64,000 nt of DNA from Hormiphora californensis (Eukaryota > Animalia > Ctenophora). The notes beneath the pieces are model-generated. The model had not been told where the DNA came from, did no database searches, and was given only the letters and a program-made list of their open reading frames with translations. Positions 36,901 to 62,565 of the stretch are shown piece after piece (positions within the stretch are counted from its first letter, which is position 1; each line of letters begins with the position of its first letter). The stretch spans positions 4,030,001 to 4,094,000 of the forward strand of contig CM035356.1 in NCBI GenBank assembly GCA_020137815.1, written 5' to 3'. Both the position numbers and the translations under genes were made by a program.

Positions 36901-39900
36901 GGCAGCCCTAGCAGCAGGAAAAGTCCATCTCGGACAAGTCCAGGCGACCCAAGGAGCGGCGGTTCTCCAAATAACGTCTGTGTGAGATGCTCTCCCGATG
37001 GTAGCAGAGCCCTGAGTCCCGTTAGTGACACCACTAGACCTCGAACTTCAAGTCACAGAAGTAGACGAAGCAGCAAGCCATCAGGTGGTAAATCTTCAGA
37101 TACCAGTCGTGCCGGTAGTCCGGGTGGTCCTGGTGGTCCTGGAGGTCCTGGTGGGCCTGGAGGTCCTGGAGGTCCTGGTGGGCCTGGAGGTCCAGGTGGT
37201 CCAGGAGGCCCTGGATCACATTACGGATCACATCCTTCAGTTGCTCCTAAATCAAGTGACACTACCAGTCAGGCTGGAGGACCTGGAGGTCCTGGTGGGC
37301 CTGGTGGACCTGGATCACATTGCGGATCACACAGAGGACCTGGGAGCCTTGGAAGCAGCACCTTATATGGATCTTGGTCTTCTTTGGGAAAACCAGCCAC
37401 TGATTCCCATCATGGTTCTGGTAACCTTGGAAAAATTCCCACCTACGGTTCCCATCCCTCTATTCCCACTAGTCAGTTGGCTTCTACCGAATGCACAACG
37501 GCTACTGCAGATAGGCGGTATTCATATGGTTCGGCGGAACCAGTTGGACCTAGTAATCCTAGAGGTCCTGGAAGTTATGGATCGTCTTCTCATTTTGGCT
37601 CTTTCAGCTCTGTTGACCACCACTGCTCTAGTGGTGCTCCAGGAGGTCCCGGAGGCCCAGGTGCTCCAGGAGGTCCTGGCGGCCTAGGAGGTCCAGGTGG
37701 CTTAGGAAGTCCAGGAGGCCCAGATGGTTCAGGAGATCCGGGAGATCCTGGTGCCCCAAGAGTTCCAGGTGCCCCAGGTGCTCCAGGAGGTCCAGGTACC
37801 CCAGGTGCTCCAGGAGGTCCTGGCGGCCTAGGAGGTCCAGGTGGCCCAGGAGGTCCTGGTGCCCCAGTTGGCCCAGGGGGTCCCGGTGGCCCAGGAGGTC
37901 CTGGTGCCCCAGGAGGACCAGGAGGTCCCCGTGGCCCAGGAGGTCCTGGCAGCCCAGGAGGTCCAGGTACTCCAGGTGCCCCAGGTACTCCAGGTGCCCC
38001 AGGTAGTCCAGGTGCCCCAGGTACTCCAGGTGCCCCAGGAGGTCCTGGTGCTCCAGGAGGTCCAGGTGCTCCTGTTAGTCCTCAAGAAGAGTGGAACAAA
38101 CCCGTTAGTCGGCCGTTGACTGACAGTCACAAAGTTGTAGTCATCTGTAAGGACCGCACTCCTGACGATCCTGCCTCCATCTCTGAAGCCCCCGAAGACG
38201 AACTTGTTCCCTCCGATTCCGAGGAGGAAGCTACCCAAGAAACTGAATCTGATCTCGAGACAGTCAGTGAGCTTGATGATGTTGAGTCAAACGATGGAGA
38301 AGAATCTTCCACCGGATCGACTGTTGTTGATGACGATGATGATGATGACGATGATGATGAAAGTGAAGATCTTACAACGGCCTCATCTACTGCCACCACC
38401 ACTGCTTCTACGGTTAATTCTTCAGACGAATCTTCAGACGAATCTGCTGTTAATGAATCTGAAACTGACACGGAAACGATTGGTTCTGATGCACCAGTTG
38501 AAGAGGAGGAAGACAACCCAATTTTAGGCCCGTCTGACTTTGAGATGCCAGATATTGTTCCTGAGGTTAAATCGAGTGTCACCTCGAGCAACCCTAGCCT
38601 TCCTGTGACATCCAGCCACCCAAGTCTTCCTAGTTACCCTAGTCAGCCGTCCTTCCCTCGAGCACCCAGTTACCCAAGTCTACCTAACTCATCCAATAAT
38701 CCTACAAGGGGAAGTTACCCTAGCTTGGCTACCACCGGCAGTCATCCTAGCCTACCGAGCGCTTCTAGCAATACCAGTTTGCCAAGTTACCCCAGCCAAC
38801 CATCTTTCCCTCAGCAGCCGGTGCAGCCACAGAGGCCATCAAGTCCACCTCAACCTGAGCCGGCCAAGGAACCGGAGATTCCTAGGTATCCTACGTTCCC
38901 AGCTGCCCCTGAAAAGCCAAAGCCGCCAAGAGCGTCTATAGTTTCTATCGAGCCTGCGAAACCAAAGGTTCCCACCTTCCCTAAAGCTGTGTTCCCCAAT
39001 CAACCAGTACAACCGCAAGTGCCTTCTCAGCCGGGCTGGCCTCAGGCTCCGAGACAGCCAGTACAACCATCCCAGCCTCAAACTCCCCAGCAACCAGCCC
39101 AGCCTCAAACTCCCCAGCAACCATCCCAGCCTCAAACTCCCCAGCAACCAGCCCAGCCTCAAACTCCCCAGCAACCAGCCCAGCCTCAAACTCCCTGGCA
39201 ACCAGTCCAGCCTCAAACTCCCTGGCAACCAGTCCAGCCTCAAACTCCCCAACAACCAGCCCAGCCTCAAACTCCCCAGCAACCAGCCCAGCCTCAAACT
39301 CCCCAACAACCAGCTCAGCCTCAAACTCCCCGGCAACCAGCCCAGCCTCAAACTCCCCGGCAACCAGCCCAGCCTCAAACTCCCCAGCAACCAGCCCAGC
39401 CTCAAACTACCCGGCAACCAGCCCAGCCTCAAACTCCCCAGCAACCATCCCAGCCTCAAACTCCCCAGCAACCAGCCCAGCCTCAAACTCCCCGGCAACC
39501 AACCCAGCCTCAAACTCCCCAGCAACCAGCCCAGCCTCAAACTCCCCAGCAACCAACCCAGCCTCAAACTCCCCAGCAACCAGCCCAGCCTCAAACTCCC
39601 CAACAACCAGCTCAGCCTCAAACTCCCCAGCAACCACAACCTCTCCATCGTGTTACAACAACACCCGCTAAACCCCCGGCACCGACTCGCTCCAGATCCA
39701 ACTCCAACAGATCGTCTCTGTTCGAAGTGATTCCCGCAGCAGTTGGATGTCAAGTCACCCAGCATATCCACCCTTGCTATCTGTGGAATGTGAATTATAG
39801 TGGGTATGAACTGGGTTACTACCAAGGTCTAGCAGCCGGCGCTGCAGGTGGGTACTGCGCTTGTAAGCAGGAGAACTGCGAGTGTGACGACCCCACCTCC

Positions 39901-40503
39901 TCCTCAGACCTCACTGATGATTTCTGTGATTGTGATGGTGTCTGCAAGTGTGTGACCCAGGATGTCTGTGTGACTTGTTCCCAAGCATTCTGCAAGTGCG
40001 TGAAACAGCTGGTATGTAACCACACATTCTGCACGTGCAACCCCGTTTGTGGTGGTGATGATGATGATGAGTCGAGTAGCTGTTGCAAGTGTGATTTATG
40101 CTGCGGTTGTGGACAGGCAACCAACTACAACAGAACCACCATTCGGAGTCCAACAAGTTTCAGGGCTAGTCCCTGTTCTGGGTATTATGCCTCCGGTGCG
40201 TATAGTCCTATGACACCCTGTACAGATCAGACCCCACGGTTTTGTGGCAGTCCAGGGTGGGTAAGAAGTCCAGGATGGGTAAAAAGCCCAGGTTGGGGTG
40301 GTGCCAGATCCCCGCGATATGGTTCACCAAGGTCCCCAGGTGGGTACAGTCACGTTACATCACGCTACGGACAGACATACGGACGTAAACAGTACAACTT
40401 CAAGTTTGGGTTCAAGAACTTCAAGTTCTTCTCAATGAGCATAACCAAACCGAACACTAACTCAACGCCACAGTTTACCGGCTTTAGACGAAGAGCCATG
40501 TAA
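33923..40503 (+). CDS. Giant (~2,190 aa) single-coding-exon low-complexity structural protein: GNYSNND repeats, Tyr/Asn-rich region, Gly-X-Y ([12 protein letters not shown]) tracts, acidic tract, (PQQPAQPQT)n, Cys-rich and SPGW/RSP C-terminus
   Basis: ORF 34450..40503 (2017 aa) is joined to ORF 33923..34414 by two apparent 1-nt insertions at ~34410-34460. It ends in a triple stop TAATAATAG. No signal peptide is seen. Confidence 0.8.
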
Positions 40504-40645
40504 TAATAGACTTAGTAGAGACAGATATGGGACAAATTGTGTATTAGATACTTCGTTGAGATATTTTCGTGATGTTTCAGGATATTTCTTGGCATGCGCT
40601 GAAGTAGCCCGGTTATAATAGAGACAGGCCTGCGCCCTGCAGCAT

Positions 40646-40796
40646 ATGCCAAAGGTATGTGTCATTCTGTGAGCTTGTGGTTTGGGATCACATTCTGTGG
40701 TGGGAGCTTGCTGACACGTACCACCAGCCCAGAGAGAGCGGTCCATGATTTAAGGTTGACAATATATTGATGAGACATCCCATCAGCTCCTCTACC

Positions 40797-40855
<59 letters not shown>

Positions 40856-43800
40856 CTCTCTCTTTCCTCCCCTCTCTCTATCTCTCATATAATGTGAGGG
40901 GGCTGCCAGTGATTAAGAAGTGCAAGCATACAGTGTAAAGACGCTAAATACAGATGGACATAGCATGATTTAACCCATTTATTCCCCCGTTGCGAGCACT
41001 TGGCGGCTTGGGACGGTGTGAATTCCGATAATTATGGCATTTTTTGCTACTATTCCTGGCACTGCGGCCCAGAATGACTATCCTGTAATGATATTGCCCT
41101 GATTTTTGTAGTTTCAAATTTTGATTCACTCTTCTTAACTTATTAGTTATGGTGTTCATTTAAAAACATTTAAAAACATTCAATAGCCTTTCCGGCTCTT
41201 CACTGTTACTACTTATTCAATACAAGTGCCTAAGTGATGAAGCCGGCCTATACTTCCCAGATTTCAATTCAGCATACTTAGCTTGACTAATTGGACCCTC
41301 TTATCTTTTGTCTGCCTTCTCAGATAGTTGACTTCTCAGATAGCTATTTGACCTTTGACTTCTCTTCCTTTTTAGCAGTTGTCAGGATACACTTTGACAA
41401 CAAGATACGGTCTCGAAACAGAGAGCATGGCGGAAAGACGGTTATGCTCGTTCTATTACGAGGTGCGAAACGATGGTGATCAGGTCCCTGTGTACGACTT
41501 TGTTAACTACCAACCGAATGGTGCACCCATGCCCTGCCCTATAGGAGGTGCTGGGGGTTGTGGAGGGGATGGAGGCGCTGGAGGTGCAGGAGGAGCTGGA
41601 GGCGCAGGAGGTGGCGGCGGAGGTGGCGGCGGTGGGGGAGCCGGTGGAGGTGGCGGTGGTGGGGGAGCAGGAGGCGGCGGAGGTGGCGGCGGCGGTGGGG
41701 GAGCCGGCGGCCCCGGAGGAGCTGGTGGCCCAGGCGGTGATGGTGGTTATCCATGTTACTGTGAGTGCCCTTGTGGAAGTCCTGGAGGTCCAGGGTGCCC
41801 TGGTGGAGCCGGAGGTCCCGGCGGCGCTGGAGGTCCCGGCGGCGCTGGAGGTCCTGGCGGAGCTGGGGGTCCCGGTGGACTTGGAGGTCCCGGTGGAAAA
41901 CCCAAAAAGCCCTCTCGTCGGAATCTGGACGAGGATTTGGCGGATGTTATGGCCGATACCTCGACCTCCGCTACTACTACCAGCAACGATGACAACTCCA
42001 AGGGGCCCTGTGGTGGTTGTTGTGATGATGGCGCCTGTTGTGGCACCTGTGGCTCTTGTGCAAAGTGTTGTGTGTGCTGCGGTCCCGCCTGTGCCGGGTG
42101 TTGTAAATGCGGCGACTGCTCCTGTGGGGATTGCTGTGGATGTTGCAAGGATGGCTGTTGCAGCTGTACTTGCTGTGATGGCGCCTGCTGTGGAGGAGGG
42201 TGTGCTGACTGCTCCTGCTGTAAATTCTGTGCTGACTGCTGCAAAGGATGCGGAGATTGCTGCTGCGGAAAGTGTGGCTCCTGCTGTGAGTCATGTGGAA
42301 AGTGCTGCGAAGGGTGCTGCGATAAGTGCGGGTGTGGAAAGTGCAGTGATTGCTGTGATGGTTGTTGTGCTAACTGTGGTGGGTGCTGTAAGGATTGTAC
42401 CTGCTGTGGAGGCTGCCTCAAGGGTTGTTGCGGTGATTGCGGTGATCTTTCTTGCAAGAAATGCGCCACGGGTCTCTGTTCCTGCTGTGGGAAGTGTGGC
42501 CCCTGTTGTGATGGGTTCAGTTGTGGTAACTGCTGTGGCTGCTGTAAGGGTGACTGCTGCACGTGCAACTGCTGCGATGGTGCCTGTTGTGGAGGATCGT
42601 GTGGAGCGTGCAAGTGCTGCAACTTTGCCGAGTGCTGCAACTGTAAGTGTCTCACGGGATGTTGCCCTGATGGGTGTTGCACCTGTGGAAACTGCAAGGA
42701 TTGCTGTGATGCCAAGTGTTGTGATGCCCCCTGTACATGTGGGAAGAACTGCACGTGCGGTGATTGTTGTGGCTGTTGCATGGATGACTGCTGCAGTTGT
42801 CAGTGCTGTGACGGTGCCTGCTGCAAGGGTATGTGTGGAAACTGTGGGTGTTGCAAGGTGGCAAAGTGCTGCGAGCTGACCTGCTGTAACGGGTGTTGCC
42901 CCGATGGATGTTGCACATGCGGGGGCTGCTGTACCGCCCCCGACTGCCTCAAGTGTAAGTGCTGCGAGGCGGACTGTTGCGAGTGTGGTAAGTGTTGCGA
43001 GAACTGTGGCTGCAGTGATTGTGATGGATGCTGCACCAGCTGTAAGGATTGTGGTGCGAAGTGTAACAAGTGTTGTGTATGTTGCAAGGGCTGCTCCCTG
43101 GGTGACTGCTGCGGCTGCTGCAAGGGTGACTGCTGTACCTGCAGTTGTTGCGATGGAAGCTGTTGTGGTGGAAGTTGTGGGGCCTGCAAGTGCTGCAAGA
43201 TCAACCTCTGCTGTTCCCTGGACGCCTGTAAGGGTTGCTGCCCCGATGGATGTTGTACTGGGTGCGGCAAGTGCTGCAAGGATGAGTGCTGCGGCCTCGA
43301 GTGTTGCGATGTCGACTGCTGCAAATGTGGAGACTGCTGCGAAAAATGCGGAGATTGCTGCAAGTCCTGCGGATGTGGAAAATGCGGAGACTGCTGTGGA
43401 AGCTGTGCCTCATGTCTCGGTAAATGTGGCGACTGCTGTAAGGCGTGTGCTTGTGGAAAATGCGGTGACTGCTGTGGAGCTTGCGGTGACTGCTGCGAGT
43501 CCTGTGGTTGCGCCAAGTGTGCAGCGTGCTGTGGTAGTTGTGCTGGTTGCTGTGACGGTTGTTGCGGGGCATGTGGCGACTGCTGCAAGTCCTGCCTCAA
43601 ATGTAAGGGCTGCGGAGATTGCTGTGGCAAGTGCAGTGACTGCTGCGATACTCTGGGTTGCACCAACTGTGGCGGGTGTTGCGATAGTTGTGGCAAATGC
43701 TGCGGGGCAGGTTGTGCTAAATGTGGGGACTGCTGTAAGGGATGTGGATGCGCCAAGTGTGGTGACTGCTGTGGCAGTTGTGCTGATGGGTGCGGAGAGT

Positions 43801-44603
43801 GTTGTGGTAAATGCGGAGAGTGCTGTGGCTCTTGTATTTCTTGTAAGGGATGCGGAGACTGCTGTGGTAAACTCGGTGACTGTTGCAAATCTATCGGATG
43901 TGGAAAGTGTGGTGATTGCTGCGGAAAGTGTGGCGATTGCTGCGGTGACTGCGGCGGTTGTGGAAGTTGTTGCGGCGGCTGTGGCAAGTGTAGTTCTTGT
44001 TGCGGTGACTGTGGTTCTTGCGGTAAATGCTGTAGCGGTTGCGGAAAATGCCTGCTCGGTCTCATTACCTGCGGCGGATGCTGCGGCGCCTGCGGTGGTA
44101 AGTGCTGTGGCGGCTGTGGTTCTTGCGGCTCTTGTGGAGACTGTGGCGGTTGCGGCTCTTGCGGAAAATGCTGCGGTTCAGGCTGCGGAGGATGCGGCAA
44201 GTGCAGTTCTTGTTGCGGCGGCTCTTGCGGCAAATGCTGTAGCGGTTGTGGCAAATGCCTTCTTGGATGCATTACATGCGGTGGATGCTGCGGCGCCTGC
44301 GGTGACGGTTGTGGCTCTTGTTGCGGTGATGGTTGCAATGGTTGTGGATGCAGTTCAGGGTGCTGTGAGGATGGAAAATGCTGTTCTTGTGGTACCTCGT
44401 GTAGCTGTGATTGCTGCGGAGTCGGCTGCTTCGGCAAGAAGAAGAAGAAGAATAAGAGGAAGGCCGGACGTGGATCCAATATGTGTGAGTGCGGTCTTGC
44501 ACATACACCCTCCCTTCCTCCCCCTCGCCCTGTCACACCCTGTGTGTGTGAGATGCCCCCACCACCTCCCCCTCCCTGTCACACATGTGGACGACCCTTG
44601 TAG
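40646..44603 (+). CDS. Ultra-Cys-rich ~1,077 aa protein (metallothionein/keratin-associated-protein-like) with Gly-rich N-terminus and polybasic plus polyproline C-terminus; exons 40646-40654 and 41379-44603
   Basis: ATGCCAAAG|gtatgt joins in phase 0 to tttagcag|TTG. ORF 41379..44603 is open for 1074 codons, with ~800 aa of CC/CxxC repeats. Confidence 0.85.
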
Positions 44604-45448
44604 ACAGAAAGTCAGACAGACAGAAAGACAAAAAAGCCATTTTTTTCTTAAAAATCGAGAACACAGGGTTTTAAAAAAGGGGCTGAAGCATTTTTAAAAC
44701 TTTAAAATGGAGAATTAAAATTTATTTAGGGAAAAAAAAAAGGGTAACTTCAAAAACATTTTTGGGGATTTAATTTTTTTTTGGAACCCATTGACGGAAA
44801 ATTTGGTTTTTTTTTTATTTAAAAATTTTAAACCCCCTAAAGTTTTTTTTTTGTTTATATTTAAGGGGTTGGTAAAAATTTTGGGGGGAATGGGGGTTTT
44901 ATCATTTCCCCAAAAACCCAAACCCCCCATTAAAACAACCCCCCTCCCAAACCCCCTTTTTTCCCCTCAAATTTTTTTTCCTTCGTTTTTCCCCCTTTTT
45001 TTTCTGTTTTCCCCTCTTCTTTTTTTCCCTTTTTTTTTTTTTCCCCTCTCCTCTCCCTTTTCCCCTTCTTTTCCCCTTTCCCCCTCTCTCTCCTTTTCCT
45101 TTTTCTCCTCTCTCTCTCTTTTTCTATCTATTTTTTTTCCCCTCTCCCTCCTCTCCCCTCTCTCTTCTCTCTCTCTCTTCTCCTTCTCTCTTATTTTTCT
45201 CTCTCTCCCTCTCTCTCTCCCCTCCTCTCTCCCCTCTCCTCCCCCCTTCTCTCTCCCTCTCCCCCTTTTCCCCTCTCTCTCCCCTCTCTCTCTCTTCTCT
45301 CTCTCTCTCTCTCTCTCTCTCCCGCCCTTCCTCAAGATTACTTTGGCGCACGTGGTACGAAAAAATAAAACTTTTTGGGTTTGCGACGGGGTTTGGTGTT
45401 AGATCCCCTCTCTTCTCTCTATCTTTCATCCCCCTCTCTCACTCCCTT

Positions 45449-45480
<32 letters not shown>

Positions 45481-47269
45481 CTCTCTCCTTGTGTATTTTA
45501 GATCCAATAGTTCATGCTTTGCTTGTCAAGTTCTACATGACTTGAGATTTTGTAGCATGTTCATGCGGTATATCCTCTGAAAATAATTCCTAAGGATTAT
45601 CTGTGATGTAAATCGATGAAATATGCAAAATGGTTTTACCGTTCAATGACCGGCGGGGCGGTCATGGTTTCAAGGAATCCTGATTTCTTAGTACCATCAC
45701 GGTTAGATTCGTTTCAAGGAAGTTCCAGAAATATACACATTCGATTATGCTGTAGTAGTCAGGTATTTGGTAAATTGCATTTCATTTCAGTTCCCAAATA
45801 CACCCATTTTTGGCCATGAACCACGTTAACAATTTTAATGGAATAATCTCGATTCTCGGGAATTGGGAATTTGTTTTCCTAGCACTTGCAGAAACTCTCC
45901 TCTGTGCGTGATTTTTTGTATGTGGGTTCTTGGAATCCTAGGCGGGCAGGGAGTATGATCAAAGAGGATGAGAGAGAAATTATGAGATATTTCGATTCTC
46001 AGTAGTCAGGATCACTGGATTAATCGCATGGCCTGGGTTAGTGTTTATTTTCATTGTCGATTTTGAGTTTAACTCTGTTTAAATCATAAATGGTCAAACA
46101 GGAAGTGATCCTTGCTTTCGGATCTTCTTAGTACTCCGGATATATCTGTGTTACATCTAACATTTATCCTGAGTAGATAGCTCTCTATCCTGTTTTTCAA
46201 TCTTTTGCTCTCTAGACTAGAACATCGTTCGATATGTGTCTTTCTTCTTGTTTCTCCTCCTCTTCCCTTTAGCTGGACTCCACCCTCTGCAGTCTGCTCA
46301 GTCTCGGCTGTAAGTGTAGTGTCATGAATGATATCTGCTCTGGATTAAATAGGGAAGGAATTAGAAAAGTATCTGGCTAGGGCCGAACCGACAACCTCTG
46401 GGTAATGGGTTACGCGTACATTTCCCCCTACCTACCTCGCTCAGGTTCCGATTAGGTCAACTAAGTCTCTTCAGTTCTCTCTTATGTACCTACCTGTACC
46501 ACTATGCCACCTGTACCACCACTTTAACTGACTTGTTCAGACTCAGAGTTATACCTATGACGTGTCTGGTCTAATTAACAGCTTGTCACGGATACAATCA
46601 ACAACAAAGTTTCCATTTCTCTAGAATTATCTAGTAAACAATAACACCAGGTCGATGCTCGTATGCATAGCTAAATAAATATGTGAATGTGTCACCCATA
46701 TGCAATCTGATATGACACGTACTCATCTCATAAATGAGTCATTTAGTGTGGTTATTGTTTACATGCAGCACCGGCCACCAGTTGGATATACCTGAATGTA
46801 ATTGGGGGAACCTCGTTCGGCGTACCTGACATCTCGAGATTAAATTTGTTAGTTCTCGAGAAATCTATTTTCCAGGAAGCGGGGTAGTTATGTAAGCTAC
46901 CTAGTGTGTTGTTTATTTTACTTCCTAACAACTATTCTTGTATTCTCTTACATATTGTTCCCATGCCCCAACTCTCTCAATTTCTCTCACTATACACATG
47001 TTTGGGTAATACCCGATCACATTGCATGTTATTTTGTGGGTAAAAGTTGCTTGTGAATTTTTCCAAATCCAATCAATTGATTTATAGATGGTAGTTTGCC
47101 AGTTGTTTAAAGAGTTATCCATGCTAGGGATTACTTTTCGTCTTTCGTCTTGTAGTAAAAAGTTTATCTAACAAGATTAGATACGTAATATGTACATTAA
47201 TATGTACCTAGGTCCATAGTTGATTGTCCTTGCCTCGGATAGTGCTCTACTCACCAGGAGGAGCTATTT

Positions 47270-47335
47270 ACAAGTAAAACAAGGAAGTTTTAGTTCAACA
47301 GAACTGTTGAACTAAAACTTCCTTGTTTTACTTGT
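47270..47335. repeat. Perfect 32-bp-arm hairpin with 2-nt loop, inside a segment flanked by 15-bp direct repeats
   Basis: ACAAGTAAAACAAGGAAGTTTTAGTTCAACAG-AA-CTGTTGAACTAAAACTTCCTTGTTTTACTTGT; TATGTACCTAGGTCC occurs at ~47201 and ~47338. Confidence 0.9.
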
Positions 47336-47867
47336 TGTATGTACCTAGGTCCTAGATGCCAGCTTTGAAAATTATTGTGGCATTTTTTATAAAGTGGCGT
47401 GATCAGGACCGAGGAAAACATTTTATCGGTGGCGGGATAATCATCGGTACCAGCTAGTTGCCTAACTCTTCATTTTACAGTACTGACAGTATGATTGGCC
47501 AGCTGTTATTGTAGCCTTTGTCTACTGGAATTAGTGAATTAGTCTAGTTGGTAAGTTATAAGTTACAAACTTGACTCCTCAATCTTCAAGAAACTCGCAA
47601 ACTTATTTTATGCAGCTTCATCCTTGTGCTTCCAACATTTTCAGTTCAACTTGTCCTAATTTTGATAATTTTTCTCCATCTTCTCAGATCGGAATTACCA
47701 ACACCAAGAAGAACAAGAAGTTTTCACAGACCACCACACAAGGATTGTACAGTTCCAGATCACCTACAATCAAGTTTCCACCCCATTCCAGAGTCCAGAT
47801 AATATCGAGGATCAGGATATTCTCCGTGACAGTTTCAAACTTCTTCCAACAAGAAAGATAACCGAGG

Positions 47868-61506
<13,639 letters not shown>

Positions 61507-62565
61507 GTATTATCTAGTTGCTAGACACTGTTTATATTAAGTTGACAACTATTAAAATTATTAAAGGACGAGGGAAATATTTAATGATTTCAGTGAACTG
61601 AGTTTGTTCGGCCTTTTTCATTTGTTAACATCAATAAAATTGTTCGTTTATTCTTTCTCTGAATTTATTTTGATGCCCAGAAACCAATGTCTAATAATGT
61701 TTTCCCGCCTGTTTACCGCCAAAATAGCCATATTTGGCCCAAGTTGTGTCACACTACGAAACTACTAAAGACGGAGGGCGCGAAGACTCAGATGCAGACT
61801 TTAAGCTGAGCGCGCGGTCACCGGGGTCGCGCGCAGTCAAACCGCACGTGCGGGGCTCCCCAACCCCCCTCGACGAACCCCGAATTCCGTGAAACGCTGT
61901 CATGACCTCAGAACCACCTCCGCGCCCTCCGTCGATTCACCGGAAATCTCAGTGGTGAGACAGGACTCTTGCCAGATTACCCGACTCCAAGCCCCAAGGG
62001 CTGTCCAATACCAGCCGCGTTTACCACAAATAAAACCATTTCTTCAATTCCACCTAGCACCCTTTGTCCCCAATCTATACCAATACAAAACAATGACACA
62101 CTTAATTTTGTTTTACAATTTTAAATTTTCGGAATAACACAAGAAGGCCAATCATAGCAGCTACAAATGTGCCCCGTTTTGACGGCTAGATTCTAGCCAG
62201 CACAAGACTCACTGTTATTAACAGCTGGTGACTTTTTGGACTTTAAATTGGCACAAAAAGAGACCTCTCACGCAACTAATACCGACAAAAAGAACTGAAA
62301 TCTAACATCCAGTTTATGAATAGTTTATGCATTGTCCAATTTGTAGGTACCCGACCCTTCTCTCTTGAAAGCGAAGACGGGCATGTCAAACTTGACAAAT
62401 AATCATAGTTGTTTCCGTCTGTGCCAAACTGATAAAATACCAGTCACCGACTGCTAATAACTGTCCTTTCACCACAACAGCTCCAAAACTAGTTGAGTAG
62501 GGATACGGATGTCGAATGGCATCAAATGGGTTACTCCTCCAAAAAAGTGTCTCGTGTGATCAACT

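Noticed and set aside
40385-41386. Fusion of both giant genes through a linker exon at 40581-40654
   Set aside because: All three frames of that segment contain stops. It fits better as a 5' exon carrying ATG CCA AAG. Direct skipping is not excluded but has no support.
34565-44697. Long antisense and alternate-frame ORFs over the giant genes (e.g. 42800..44536, 42904..44697, 38839..39825)
   Set aside because: They are shadows of repetitive, stop-poor codon usage.
44640-45400. ORFs 44791..45402 and 44967..45335 and the homopolymer-rich tract
   Set aside because: This looks like low-quality consensus of a CT microsatellite region, with no credible coding signal.
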